From Candidatus Saccharimonadia bacterium (lineage in GTDB: Bacteria; Patescibacteriota; Saccharimonadia; UBA4664; SCTI01): a stretch of DNA of 64,000 nucleotides. The stretch's first letter is position 1; every line of letters starts with the position of its first letter. A model generated the notes under the pieces. The model was not told the DNA's origin, made no database searches, and saw only the letters and a program-made list of their open reading frames with translations. Of the stretch, positions 1 to 9,533 are shown piece by piece. The DNA lies in NCBI GenBank assembly GCA_046597065.1, contig JBKJLI010000002.1:52071-116070 (forward strand). The letters are read 5' to 3'. The translations under genes and the position numbers were made by a program.

Positions 1-341
1 CTATTTTACGTCAACATAACGTCGTCACTGCTCGAAAACAGGGTTTAAATGTTCATTATTCCCTCACCGATTCCAGAATTGCCCAGGCCTGCGAACTTAT
101 TCGAGAGTTCTTGAAGGATCAGCACCGTGAAGATACAGAAATCGCGAACATTATCGCTAAAAGCGAGATGCAACTCTACCCGGTGGTACAAGATTCGGTC
201 TGCGGCATGCGCGTCAGCGTGTCGGATGCAGCTGCTTTCACCGATGGCGAAGGGCGCACGCATTATTTTTGCGCCGATGGTTGCTTAATTAAGTTTAAAG
301 CCGATCCAGCGCAGTACGCAATGAAGGTGGCATTAACATGA
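1..341 (+). CDS. ArsR/SmtB-family regulator fused to a C-terminal YHS/TRASH metal-binding domain (5'-truncated by window edge)
   Basis: Frame is open from nt 3: ILRQHNVVTARKQGLNVHYSLTD (ArsR wing) continues in frame into D-S-V-C-G-M...YFCADGC (YHS/TRASH). The ORF track reports only 111..341. Confidence 0.8.
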   Translation, partial: ILRQHNVVTARKQGLNVHYSLTDSRIAQACELIREFLKDQHREDTEIANIIAKSEMQLYPVVQDSVCGMRVSVSDAAAFTDGEGRTHYFCADGCLIKFKADPAQYAMKVALT

Positions 342-2446
342 ACCATGCTACTCACGACCAACATTCCCATATTATGGACCACGAGAACCTGTCGCGGTTG
401 CAAAAGTTTAAGATGAGCATGACGATGACCATGGGGATGGATCACACTGGTTTGTCGGGTCGTCAAATGGCAAAAATGATGGAGCTTGATATTCGAGCAA
501 AGTTCTTCTTCTCACTGATAATGTCGGTGCCTATAATTGCCTACTCACCAGTAGGGGAAAAGTTACTTAATATTAGCTTGCCAACGCCAATTCCGGCACC
601 CTGGATTCTGCTGATTTTAACCACACCGGTCTTTTTTTATGGTGGTTGGATCTTCTTATACTCCTCATATTTTGCGCTTAAGCAGCGCACGCTTAATATG
701 GCAGTACTGATTGCGGTCGGCATCACAGCGGCATATGTATTTAGTTTGGTTTTAACTTTTACCGGTGCCGAGGATTCATTTTACGAAGCGGCAGCGCTAC
801 TTATTACCTTTGTACTGTTTGGCCACTGGATGGAAATGAAATCCCGACGTGGCACCACTGATGCGCTGCAAGCATTATTTGATTTAGTCCCTCCAAAAGC
901 CCGTATCTTTCGAAACGGAATCGAGGAGCTTGTTGAGACATCGGAAATCAAGGTTGGTGATATTCTTATATTAAAGCCCGGCGACAAAGTACCGGTTGAC
1001 GGCAAAGTAATTTTTGGCGAAACTGCCATCGATGAAGCTTTAGTAACAGGGGAGTCTCTACCAGTTTTAAAACAACCAGGCGATATGGTGATTGCCGGTT
1101 CAATTAATCAGTCTGGTTCGGTTAGGTTTAAAGCAACCAAGGTCGGTGGTGATACCGCGCTGGCTCAAATTGTGAAGATGGTCGAAACCGCGCAGAATTC
1201 CAAAGCACCGGGGCAACGCTTGGCCGATAAATTTGCAGGGTATCTGGTAATTTTAGCGGTTGGGTCTGGATTGCTGACTTTTATAGTCTGGTATTTCATT
1301 TTGGGTCAGCCGCTGTTATTTGCTTTAACTTTAGCCATTTCAACGGTTGTAATTGCTTGTCCGGACGCGCTTGGGCTTGCCACTCCAACTGCCGTAGCTG
1401 TTGGCACTGGCTTGGGTGCTAAGCACAATATTTTAATTAAGGATGCAGCCACCCTTGAGCAAGCATCAAAAATACAGGTGGTGGTATTAGATAAAACCGG
1501 TACATTAACCGAAGGTCGGCCAAAGGTAACCGATGTAATGGTCGTAAATGGTTTTAGTGAAGTTGATGTTTTGCAACTTACCGCCGCGGCAGAGTCAGGC
1601 TCTAACCATCCATTGAGCCAAGCAGTATTGAACGCACTTTCTGAACGCAAACTTAAGGCTACGACCAATGTCAAAAAGTTCAATTCATTAGCCGGCCATG
1701 GCGTTGAGGCCGAAGTTGGTGGTAAAAAAGTACTGGTTGGCACACTTAAGCTAATGAGTGATCGAAAAGTTGAGCTACGTGCGGTTAAGTTATCGGTTGA
1801 TAAGTTACTACTTCAGGGCAAGACCTTAATGTTAATTGCTGTTAATGGCAAGATTGCCGGAGTCATAGCCGCCCAAGACCCAATCAAACCCACCGCCAAG
1901 CCTGCAATCGTGCGCATGAAAGAGATTGGTCTCGAGGTTGCTATGATCACCGGTGACAACCAAAAAACTGCCGAAGCGATCGGAAAAACTTTGGAAATCG
2001 ATCGTGTATTCGCAGAAGTCTTACCCGCAGATAAAGCTAATTACGTTAAAAAGCTCCAGAATGAAGGTAAGTTTGTAGCCATGGTCGGCGACGGAGTTAA
2101 TGACGCCCCAGCTCTTGCTCAGGCTGATATTGGGATTGCAATTGGTGCAGGTACCGACGTAGCTATTGAAACCGCCAAGGTGGTGTTGATGAAGTCTGAC
2201 CCAGCCGATATCTTGATTGCCATTAAACTTAGCAAGGCTACAGTACGAAAGATGAAACAGAATTTGGGGTGGGCTAGTATTTACAATCTTGCCGCCATTC
2301 CAATCGCGGCCGGTGTGCTTTATCCGGCTTTCGGTATTACCTTGCGGCCAGAGATAGCAGCGTTACTAATGTCGGTTTCCTCAATCATTGTGGCAACCAA
2401 TGCAGTATTGCTAACAAGGTCAGAAAAAGATTTAGTAAGTATATAA
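338..2446 (+). CDS. Copper-translocating P1B-type ATPase
   Basis: TGES, DKTGTLT, HP, GDGVNDAP, YN and MSVSS motifs; His/Met-rich N-terminus; TM motif IACPDALGLA. Confidence 0.95.
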   Translation: MNHATHDQHSHIMDHENLSRLQKFKMSMTMTMGMDHTGLSGRQMAKMMELDIRAKFFFSLIMSVPIIAYSPVGEKLLNISLPTPIPAPWILLILTTPVFFYGGWIFLYSSYFALKQRTLNMAVLIAVGITAAYVFSLVLTFTGAEDSFYEAAALLITFVLFGHWMEMKSRRGTTDALQALFDLVPPKARIFRNGIEELVETSEIKVGDILILKPGDKVPVDGKVIFGETAIDEALVTGESLPVLKQPGDMVIAGSINQSGSVRFKATKVGGDTALAQIVKMVETAQNSKAPGQRLADKFAGYLVILAVGSGLLTFIVWYFILGQPLLFALTLAISTVVIACPDALGLATPTAVAVGTGLGAKHNILIKDAATLEQASKIQVVVLDKTGTLTEGRPKVTDVMVVNGFSEVDVLQLTAAAESGSNHPLSQAVLNALSERKLKATTNVKKFNSLAGHGVEAEVGGKKVLVGTLKLMSDRKVELRAVKLSVDKLLLQGKTLMLIAVNGKIAGVIAAQDPIKPTAKPAIVRMKEIGLEVAMITGDNQKTAEAIGKTLEIDRVFAEVLPADKANYVKKLQNEGKFVAMVGDGVNDAPALAQADIGIAIGAGTDVAIETAKVVLMKSDPADILIAIKLSKATVRKMKQNLGWASIYNLAAIPIAAGVLYPAFGITLRPEIAALLMSVSSIIVATNAVLLTRSEKDLVSI

Positions 2447-2457
2447 ATGAGGAGGAA

Positions 2458-2901
2458 TTGAAAATGCAAAAAGAGTCACTACTTTATGGGATTATTGGCT
2501 TACTGGGTGGCAGCTTGTTTACTGTCGCTGTGGCGTCTTCAGCCGTTAATACTAATAACTCTGGCGTTATGCGAATGATGGGTATCCACACAAACAGCAA
2601 TACCAGCAACATGATGTCCGATGAATCAATGGGCATGGATAAAATGACCGAAAATTTAAAGGGCAAGAAGGGCGATGAGTTTGACAGGTTATTTATCTCC
2701 GAGATGATTATTCATCATCAAGGCGCTATAGATATGGCCAATATTGCCAAGCAGAACGCTAAGCATAATGAAATTAATAAACTAGCAAATGACATTGTAG
2801 CTGCTCAGACTAAAGAGATTAACGTGATGGAGCAGTGGCAAAGAGATTGGGGTTACCCAGCCAAGGATAGCTCTATGAATGGGATGCACTCGGGGTATTA
2901 A
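2458..2901 (+). CDS. DUF305 (CopM-like) Met/His-rich copper-binding protein
   Basis: FDRLFISEMIIHHQGAIDMA...IVAAQTKEI signature; signal/TM segment; AGGAGG SD. Confidence 0.85.
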   Translation: MKMQKESLLYGIIGLLGGSLFTVAVASSAVNTNNSGVMRMMGIHTNSNTSNMMSDESMGMDKMTENLKGKKGDEFDRLFISEMIIHHQGAIDMANIAKQNAKHNEINKLANDIVAAQTKEINVMEQWQRDWGYPAKDSSMNGMHSGY

Positions 2902-2927
2902 GGAGGCGAAATAGGAGATTTACGAAT

Positions 2928-3089
2928 ATGCATACTCACTTGATTTGGATGATAGGCGGCTTCATCGCACTACTCATAGTTAGTAAATTCGTAGGAGTTA
3001 GTTTTTTCCTATTACTTCTTTTCTTCTGTATTTTTATGATGGGGGTTATGATTCTAGGGATGGGTGGTGGACCAGAAAGAAAGGGCTAA
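2928..3089 (+). CDS. Small 53-aa membrane protein (DUF2933-like)
   Basis: Hand-translated MHTHLIWMIGG...LLLFFCIFMMGVMILGMGGG; AGGAG upstream; lies inside the copper cluster; missing from the ORF track. Confidence 0.6.
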   Translation: MHTHLIWMIGGFIALLIVSKFVGVSFFLLLLFFCIFMMGVMILGMGGGPERKG

Positions 3090-3164
3090 TTATGTATAAA
3101 AAGTTATCTAGTGAGCTTTGGATCGAGGTAGATAGGATTAGTAAACTTTTGAAAGGATAACAAC

Positions 3165-3767
3165 ATGAAAGATAAAGCCTTTATCGGGGCAGCTCTCATC
3201 ACAACAGGACTTGTTGCAGCAATGATTGGGGTTTTTGTTTTTGGAAATGGGTCAGCACCATCTGCCAAGAATATTGATAGTGGTAAGCTAACTGGCTTGC
3301 AAGAAACCAACCCACCCTGGAAGCCAGAATCAGACAGTTTATCGCAGCGACTTTCACAGTTGGGTCTGCCAGCCGTTGGGAATGAGTCGTACCACCAGCA
3401 TGCTATTCTACAGATTTTTATAAACGGCCAGCCGGTGGAGGTGCCAAATGGCATAGGTCAGTATGGAGGTGGGATGTCATCACTTCACACTCACGATGCA
3501 TTGGGGGTGGTGCACATTGAGGCCGGGCAGGCGTATCCGTTCACGCTAGGGCAGTTCTTTAGTGTTTGGGGGGTAAAGTTTACAGATAACCAATTAGGTG
3601 CGTACAGGAATGATAACGATAAAACGGTGCAAGTATATGTGAACGGTGAAAAGGTCGCGGATCCAGTAAATTATCAAGTTAAGCAAAAGGATAAGATTGT
3701 CGTAGGCTATGGCACCAAAGCCCAAGTGCCGCCAATTAGTAGTGCGGAGTTCCCTAAAGACCTTTAA
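3165..3767 (+). CDS. Membrane-anchored His-rich hypothetical protein, possibly metal-binding
   Basis: N-terminal TM; HQHA, LHTHD and VHIE motifs; AAGGA SD. Confidence 0.7.
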   Translation: MKDKAFIGAALITTGLVAAMIGVFVFGNGSAPSAKNIDSGKLTGLQETNPPWKPESDSLSQRLSQLGLPAVGNESYHQHAILQIFINGQPVEVPNGIGQYGGGMSSLHTHDALGVVHIEAGQAYPFTLGQFFSVWGVKFTDNQLGAYRNDNDKTVQVYVNGEKVADPVNYQVKQKDKIVVGYGTKAQVPPISSAEFPKDL

Positions 3768-3790
3768 CAATTGAGCTATTAAGGAAAACA

Positions 3791-3865
3791 TGGTGATCCC
3801 AGGGGGATTCGAACCCCCGTTGCCAGGATGAAAACCTGGTGTCCTAACCCCTAGACGATGGGACC
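3791..3865 (-). tRNA. tRNA-Glu(TTC)
   Basis: GGTCCCA acceptor, CCAGG-TTTTCAT-CCTGG anticodon arm, TTCGAAT T-loop, encoded CCA. Confidence 0.97.
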
Positions 3866-3997
3866 ATATAGGTAACGGTAACCGAGGTATTGTAGCTTAG
3901 CTGGTGGTCATTTTCAACCTGTAAGAGGCTTTTTTACTGGTTAAGCTTCCTGTACACTTAAACTTAATCAAATACCAAAAAAACGCCAAGGAGGTTT

Positions 3998-5407
3998 ATG
4001 GCACTGGCGCCCAACTTAAAACGTACCAAAATTTTGGCCACTATTGGCCCGGCTTCGAGTGATCACGAGGTCTTAGAGGCGTTAATAAGGGCAGGTGTCA
4101 ACGGTTTGCGACTAAATATGGCTCATGGGACACATGAATCCCATGCTGATGTAATTAAGCGGGTGCGAAAAATCTCGGAGGAACTGGGAAAGCCAGTTTC
4201 GGTTGTTGTCGACATTCAAGGCCCCAAAATCCGATTGGGCGAGCTTCCAAAAGACGGGCTGGTAATGACGGCTGGTAGTGAGGTTAGTTTAGCTTTAGGT
4301 GATAGCTATTCAGCCGGGGGGCACTTACCGGTTCAGCACGATATTACCAAGTATTTGCGCGTCAGCCATCCTATTTATTTGCGCGATGGCATGGTAAAGC
4401 TAGAAGTTATTAGTGTGGGCCGGGGTGTGGCTAAATGTAAGGTGCTTAATAATGGTGTGGTGTTTAGCCGGCAAGGGATTAATCTACCAGATACAGATTT
4501 GGGTGGTGACATTATCACCGATAAAGATGCTTCTGACATTGAGTTTGCGGCTAAGCACGACGCCGACTATGTAGCTTTAAGTTTTGTGCAAACGGGTAAG
4601 GATGTCGAAGGTTTAAAGCTAAGGCTAAAGCAACTGGGTGCCAACTGCGGCGTAATTGCGAAGGTAGAAACCAAGGCAGCGGTTGCCAATTTAATGGACA
4701 TCATTGTGGCGGCCGATGGTGTTATGGTGGCTCGCGGCGATTTGGCAACCGAAACCGAGCCGGAATCGGTGCCAATTATTCAGCAGCGCATTATTGAGCA
4801 CGCCAAAACCCATCAAAAGGTCTGCATTGTAGCCACTCAGATGCTAGAAAGCATGATTGATTCGCCGCAGCCAACACGCGCAGAAGTTAGCGATGTGTCT
4901 ACCGCGGTGATGCAGGGGGCCGATGCGGTGATGCTTTCGGGTGAGTCGGCGGTGGGTAAGTATCCGGTAGAAACGGTGCAGATGATGCGGCGGGTAATTG
5001 TTTATACCGAGCGAAATCGAGCCGAAAGTTTAACGGCGGCCGAGTTTGGTAGTCGTGGTCAGCGTAACGCCGTAAGTGCTGCAGCAATTGCGATGGCCGA
5101 CCAAATTGGGGCCAAGGTTATTTTGGCCGAAACATCTTCTGGCCAAACCGCACGCAACTTAAGTTCGTTTCGACCAGATGCCCTGGTAGTTGCAGTAACG
5201 CATCAGCGGCGGGTTTACCAACAAATGGGACTGGTATGGGGCACCCGTTCATATTTAATAAACGACCCCGAACAGGCGGCCGAAGAGACCATGCGGATGT
5301 TGCGTCAGGAGCACAACATAAAGGTTGGTGATGTAATTATTCGAGCCTGGGGCCGGCAACCCGGCGTGACCGGCGGCACCGATACCTTACAAATTCGGGT
5401 AGTTTAA
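3998..5407 (+). CDS. pyk: Pyruvate kinase
   Basis: RTKILATIGPAS, DIQGPKIR, MVARGDL, ATQMLESM, MLSGESA. Confidence 0.97.
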   Translation: MALAPNLKRTKILATIGPASSDHEVLEALIRAGVNGLRLNMAHGTHESHADVIKRVRKISEELGKPVSVVVDIQGPKIRLGELPKDGLVMTAGSEVSLALGDSYSAGGHLPVQHDITKYLRVSHPIYLRDGMVKLEVISVGRGVAKCKVLNNGVVFSRQGINLPDTDLGGDIITDKDASDIEFAAKHDADYVALSFVQTGKDVEGLKLRLKQLGANCGVIAKVETKAAVANLMDIIVAADGVMVARGDLATETEPESVPIIQQRIIEHAKTHQKVCIVATQMLESMIDSPQPTRAEVSDVSTAVMQGADAVMLSGESAVGKYPVETVQMMRRVIVYTERNRAESLTAAEFGSRGQRNAVSAAAIAMADQIGAKVILAETSSGQTARNLSSFRPDALVVAVTHQRRVYQQMGLVWGTRSYLINDPEQAAEETMRMLRQEHNIKVGDVIIRAWGRQPGVTGGTDTLQIRVV

Positions 5408-5449
5408 GTTTATGGTTGGCGAGCATAACCGTTTTGCTACAATAGCTAT

Positions 5450-6625
5450 ATGAAGCTAAAAACTATTCGCGATATCAACGTCCGGAACAAACAGGTTTTA
5501 GTGGGCGTCGACTACAACGTACCGATTGCCGATGGCATTGTTGGTGATCCGCTGCGTATTGAAGCCTCGTTTGAGACCATCCATTATTTACTAGATCACG
5601 GTTGCAGCCTAGTGTTAATGAGTCATTTGGGTCGGCCTAAGGGCAAGGTGGTGCCAGAAATGAGCCTGGCGCAAGTGGCAAAAAAGGCTAGTGAGATGTT
5701 GGGGCGAAGAATAACATTTGTGCCCGACTGCGTTGGGCCCCAAGCCCAGGCGGCGGCTAAAGATTTGCAGCCCGGTGAGATTTTGCTGCTAGAAAATCTA
5801 CGTTTTCACGCCGAAGAAGAGACCAATGACTCCGCTTTTGCCAAGCAGTTGGCCGATTTGGCCGAGGTTTTTATTGATGACGCCTTTGCCAACATTCACC
5901 GTAAACATGCCTCTGTGGTGGCTATTACAGAGTATTTACCAAGTGCGGCTGGTTTCTTGGTAGAAAAAGAGGTTAAGCATATTACTGGAGTGTTCGATCA
6001 TCCTGCTAAGCCGTTGGTTGCGATAGTTGCCGGAGCAAAGGTTTCTACCAAAATTGCCGTACTTGATAACTTAATGAAGTATGTCGATCGTTTAGTGATT
6101 GGCGGGGCTATGGCTAACACATTCATGGCAGCCCTTGGTAAAGAGGTCGGTAAAAGCTTGCATGAGCCGGATTGTTATGACGCCGCAAAGCGCGTAATTG
6201 CAGATGCGGCCAAGGCCAAAGTAGAGTTGTTATTACCAGAGGACTTAATTGTGGCTGACTCGCTAGAGCACGGTCCTGGCCACCGCGTTAAAATCGATGA
6301 GGTTGGCAAAAAGGACTACATTGTTGATTTAGGATCACACACCATCTCTAAAATTTTAAACCCCCTCGATTTCCACGGCACGGTTATTTGGAACGGCCCC
6401 TTGGGTATCACCGAAGTACCAGAGTTTGCGCACAACTCACGTCTGCTGGCCGATAACATTATTGAATCCGGCGCTCACTGCATTATTGGCGGTGGTGACA
6501 CAGCGGCTTTTATTGATGAGGCTGGATTGCACGATAAGTTCACCTGGGTTTCTACCGGCGGCGGTGCCAGCTTAGAGTTGATGGCTGGCAACAAGTTACC
6601 AGGTCTGGTTGCCCTCGAGCATTAA
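5450..6625 (+). CDS. pgk: Phosphoglycerate kinase
   Basis: VDYNVP, SHLGRP, LLENLRF, GGGDT, STGGGASLE. Confidence 0.97.
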   Translation: MKLKTIRDINVRNKQVLVGVDYNVPIADGIVGDPLRIEASFETIHYLLDHGCSLVLMSHLGRPKGKVVPEMSLAQVAKKASEMLGRRITFVPDCVGPQAQAAAKDLQPGEILLLENLRFHAEEETNDSAFAKQLADLAEVFIDDAFANIHRKHASVVAITEYLPSAAGFLVEKEVKHITGVFDHPAKPLVAIVAGAKVSTKIAVLDNLMKYVDRLVIGGAMANTFMAALGKEVGKSLHEPDCYDAAKRVIADAAKAKVELLLPEDLIVADSLEHGPGHRVKIDEVGKKDYIVDLGSHTISKILNPLDFHGTVIWNGPLGITEVPEFAHNSRLLADNIIESGAHCIIGGGDTAAFIDEAGLHDKFTWVSTGGGASLELMAGNKLPGLVALEH

Positions 6626-6649
6626 GCATAACCGTGATATTATAGGCCC

Positions 6650-7429
6650 ATGAAGCACTTCACTATAGTGGGCAACTGGAAGATGCACCAAGCGCCGGAT
6701 CAGGCGGCCAAGTTGGTCCAGAATCTACAAAAAAAGATCAAACCAAGCACCCATGTAACCACGGTGGTGTGTCCGCCGTATATCGACATCCCTGCGGTGT
6801 TCGATAAGGTGGAGCCTGACACACTCAAAATTGGCGCTCAAAATATTCACGAGCAAGATGAGGGTAATTATACTGGTGAGATTTCGGGGCCAATGCTTAA
6901 AGGCCTGGCCGATTATGTGATAGTCGGTCATTCCGAACGTAGACGTGATGAGGCCGAAACCGATCTTAAGATTGCCGCAAAGCTAGCGGCGGCTGTACGT
7001 AATAATTTGACTCCAGTTCTGTGCGTAGGCGAGCGCTTAAATGATCGAGAAGACGGACATTCAAGTCGGGTAGTGGCAGATCAGCTTAGGGTTTGCTTAA
7101 GTGAGCTAACCGCCACCGAGGCTCGCAAAATCATCATCACATATGAGCCGGTATGGGCAATTAGCGATGGCGATGGTAAGGGCCATTTTGCGACGCCGGA
7201 TAAAGTTAAGCCAATGTTGAAAGTAATCCGAGAAACGGTCGAAGAGCTATTTAGCGAGGCTACAAGTTCGGAAATTGAGTTGCTTTACGGCGGAAGCGCA
7301 AATCCTGACAATGCGGCGGCTTTTTTAAAAATGGAGCACATTAACGGCTTACTGGTTGGCGGGGCTAGCTTGAACTATGAGAGCTTTGCCAAAATTGTGA
7401 ACATCGCTGAAAAATTGACTAAAGAGTAA
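6650..7429 (+). CDS. tpiA: Triosephosphate isomerase
   Basis: GNWKM, GHSERR, YEPVWAI, YGGS, LVGGASL. Confidence 0.97.
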   Translation: MKHFTIVGNWKMHQAPDQAAKLVQNLQKKIKPSTHVTTVVCPPYIDIPAVFDKVEPDTLKIGAQNIHEQDEGNYTGEISGPMLKGLADYVIVGHSERRRDEAETDLKIAAKLAAAVRNNLTPVLCVGERLNDREDGHSSRVVADQLRVCLSELTATEARKIIITYEPVWAISDGDGKGHFATPDKVKPMLKVIRETVEELFSEATSSEIELLYGGSANPDNAAAFLKMEHINGLLVGGASLNYESFAKIVNIAEKLTKE

Positions 7430-7442
7430 CCCTGAATTAGCG

Positions 7443-7475
7443 AGACCCCGCAGGACATGGGGCCTCGCGGGGTCT
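7443..7475. terminator. GC-rich hairpin between convergent tpiA and orphan gene
   Basis: AGACCCCGC...GCGGGGTCT inverted repeat; no clear U-tract. Confidence 0.55.
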
Positions 7476-7504
7476 ATTCAATGGGTTTAACCCATCTAAT
7501 CACC

Positions 7505-8680
7505 TCACTTTCGTTTTCTCAGGCGATCTTCAAGGTCGCTAATTGTGAGTCGTTGTTGCTCACTCCTGGTTTGGAGTGCGCTTAGACGCGCATCCTGGAT
7601 CCCAGAGTCTGCCTGGTGTCGAGCGCAGGCCGCATCTAGTTCGCCAACTCGCTTCTTAACGCGTCGCAGCTCATCGACTTTGAGCCTCAACTGACCCCTG
7701 AGCTCTTCAACCGTCTCTTCGGAACCGCCGCGAATGGCCCCGAGTTTTACTTCCAACCTGTCGACCTCGCCTTGAAGTCGATTCTTGGTTCGAGTATGTG
7801 CCTGCCGTTCTGTTTCGAGTGATGTTGCGAGCTCTGTAAGCCGCAACTTTTGGCTGGCAGCTTCGGCGCTATCTCCAACTGTTGCGCTAGCTTTAGCTTG
7901 TCTTAGCTCGCGTTCAAGGTCCAAAATACGACGTTCCAGAAGGGCGTTTTGCTCTTGGATCTCTCGATGATCATCAAAGCTCACCACCCGCCGGCTCTTG
8001 AGACCGACGATCTCACGGTCCTTCTCATCGAGCAGAGCCGTTAAGCGAGTGACTTCATCGTTTTGGTCTTTGGGGGTAGGTACTTCTTCGAGCTCATCAA
8101 GTAGCTCACGGATCTCGGCCAGTTTTGCTTCACAACTATATACAAGGCCTTCTAGATGTTCGTCGACTTCACGTTTAGTGAGTTCGATTCGCCCAAGCTC
8201 ACTTTTGATGGCGGCAAGAAGCTCAACATCGGGTGCCGACTTCAGTACTTCTAGCTGGGCTTCAAGCTCAAGCTGTTGAATCAGAATTTCCTTCAGCGTT
8301 TGCTTGGCCGCTTCGACTTCTGTTGCTAGTTTGAGAATCGATGCCTCAATGGCCGCGACTGAACGTGGTGAGTTAATTGTTGCCGCGGTTATATCGCTGC
8401 GGTCGGCCACGAGTACGGGTATTGTGGCGGATCCTTGCGCATGAAGGAATTGTAGACCAGAGTCTGTGAGCTTGATCCAATATGTGCGCTTGCCGATGAC
8501 TTTGCGCTCGAAGTGACCGTGTTTATGGTTGTGAACTAACAGTTGCCTTAAAGCAGAAGAAGGTGTGCCCATTAGTTCTGCCAGCTTTCGCGTGACACCC
8601 CCACTAGGATCGCTAAACTGATAGTTTGGCTGGCTATAAAGCACAGCCAGCATCTTTAGATACTGCGGGCTGCTGCGCAT
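7505..8680 (-). CDS. Hypothetical protein: N-terminal winged-helix-like region plus long coiled coil
   Basis: GGAGGT SD (8685-8690) favours ATG 8680; FERKVIGKRTYWIKLTDSG resembles a MarR-type wing; heptad-rich C-terminal two thirds. Confidence 0.7.
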   Translation of the reverse strand: MRSSPQYLKMLAVLYSQPNYQFSDPSGGVTRKLAELMGTPSSALRQLLVHNHKHGHFERKVIGKRTYWIKLTDSGLQFLHAQGSATIPVLVADRSDITAATINSPRSVAAIEASILKLATEVEAAKQTLKEILIQQLELEAQLEVLKSAPDVELLAAIKSELGRIELTKREVDEHLEGLVYSCEAKLAEIRELLDELEEVPTPKDQNDEVTRLTALLDEKDREIVGLKSRRVVSFDDHREIQEQNALLERRILDLERELRQAKASATVGDSAEAASQKLRLTELATSLETERQAHTRTKNRLQGEVDRLEVKLGAIRGGSEETVEELRGQLRLKVDELRRVKKRVGELDAACARHQADSGIQDARLSALQTRSEQQRLTISDLEDRLRKRK

Positions 8681-8775
8681 TACAACCTCCTGGGTTGAAA
8701 GTAGGTACATCTTTACAAAGAATTAACTCATTGTTATGCCAGAAGCCAAATCTGTCAATCAGGTATATAGCATAA

Positions 8776-8806
8776 GACCCCACATGGCGCGGGGCCTTAT
8801 GGGGTC
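8776..8806. terminator. Hairpin at 3' end of 8805..9533 gene
   Basis: GACCCCA...TGGGGTC imperfect inverted repeat. Confidence 0.5.
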
Positions 8807-9533
8807 AGTTGGTGAGGTTCAGCAAGGTGCGGATCGGCTGAATCTCGGGGAAGTTGCGCTGTTCGAAGTCGCAAGGGTTGGTAATGATCTTGCCGAACTG
8901 GCGAACGAAGCGGGTTATGTCGTGTGCTCCGAGGAGCTGCGACGGTCCCAGCGGCTCAAAGAACTTCCAGCGGGTAGGGTTAGGCAGCCCAGCACGGCGC
9001 AGCAGCTGGTTGAGCTGCTTGTGGCTCCCTTCGCTAATCGAGTGGTAGAGCTCTTCGGCCAATTTGTCGAGGAGCACCTGCATTCTCTGCTCGTAATCAC
9101 TGGGCCCGCGGCGCATTCTCTGCACCGCGTCGTCGTGATCCTGCCAGCGGAACTCATCGCGCCAGGTGGGGATCATGGCTGCAGACCGGCGGCCAGCATC
9201 GGTTGCCGGCAGCTTTGCCTTCAGCTGCCCAACCTTACGCTGTGGCGACGCCTCCTTAGAGTGGTGCAGCGACCAGCGGTCGATGGGGTTGGAGTTGATG
9301 CTGCTGATGTTGCCTCGGATGTACCTACGATCACGAGGCACTTCGAGCAAGCTAGAGTTGTCGTAGAACGTCTCGCTATCCTTCAGCACCTTACGCAGCT
9401 GGTTCTTGATGCGCTTGCGATGAGAGCGATTGCAGCTCTTCTTGGCCTCGGGATAGAAGCGGGTCTTCGTCTTGGTGTTGCACGCCAAGTGACGTACCTT
9501 ATCCTCGCCGTAGAGCAAGGTAACTCCTTTCAT
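8805..9533 (-). CDS. Basic hypothetical protein (start may be TTG 9518)
   Basis: 242-aa ORF; AAAGGAG SD 5 nt before TTG 9518; upstream TTGACA-17-TTTAAT promoter. Confidence 0.7.
   Translation of the reverse strand: MKGVTLLYGEDKVRHLACNTKTKTRFYPEAKKSCNRSHRKRIKNQLRKVLKDSETFYDNSSLLEVPRDRRYIRGNISSINSNPIDRWSLHHSKEASPQRKVGQLKAKLPATDAGRRSAAMIPTWRDEFRWQDHDDAVQRMRRGPSDYEQRMQVLLDKLAEELYHSISEGSHKQLNQLLRRAGLPNPTRWKFFEPLGPSQLLGAHDITRFVRQFGKIITNPCDFEQRNFPEIQPIRTLLNLTN

Noticed and set aside
7428-7491. Integron attC site (TAAC...GTT bulged hairpin)
   Set aside because: Poor match to RYYYAAC/GTTRRRY, not repeated at other cassette ends, no integron integrase, and the cassettes carry their own promoters.
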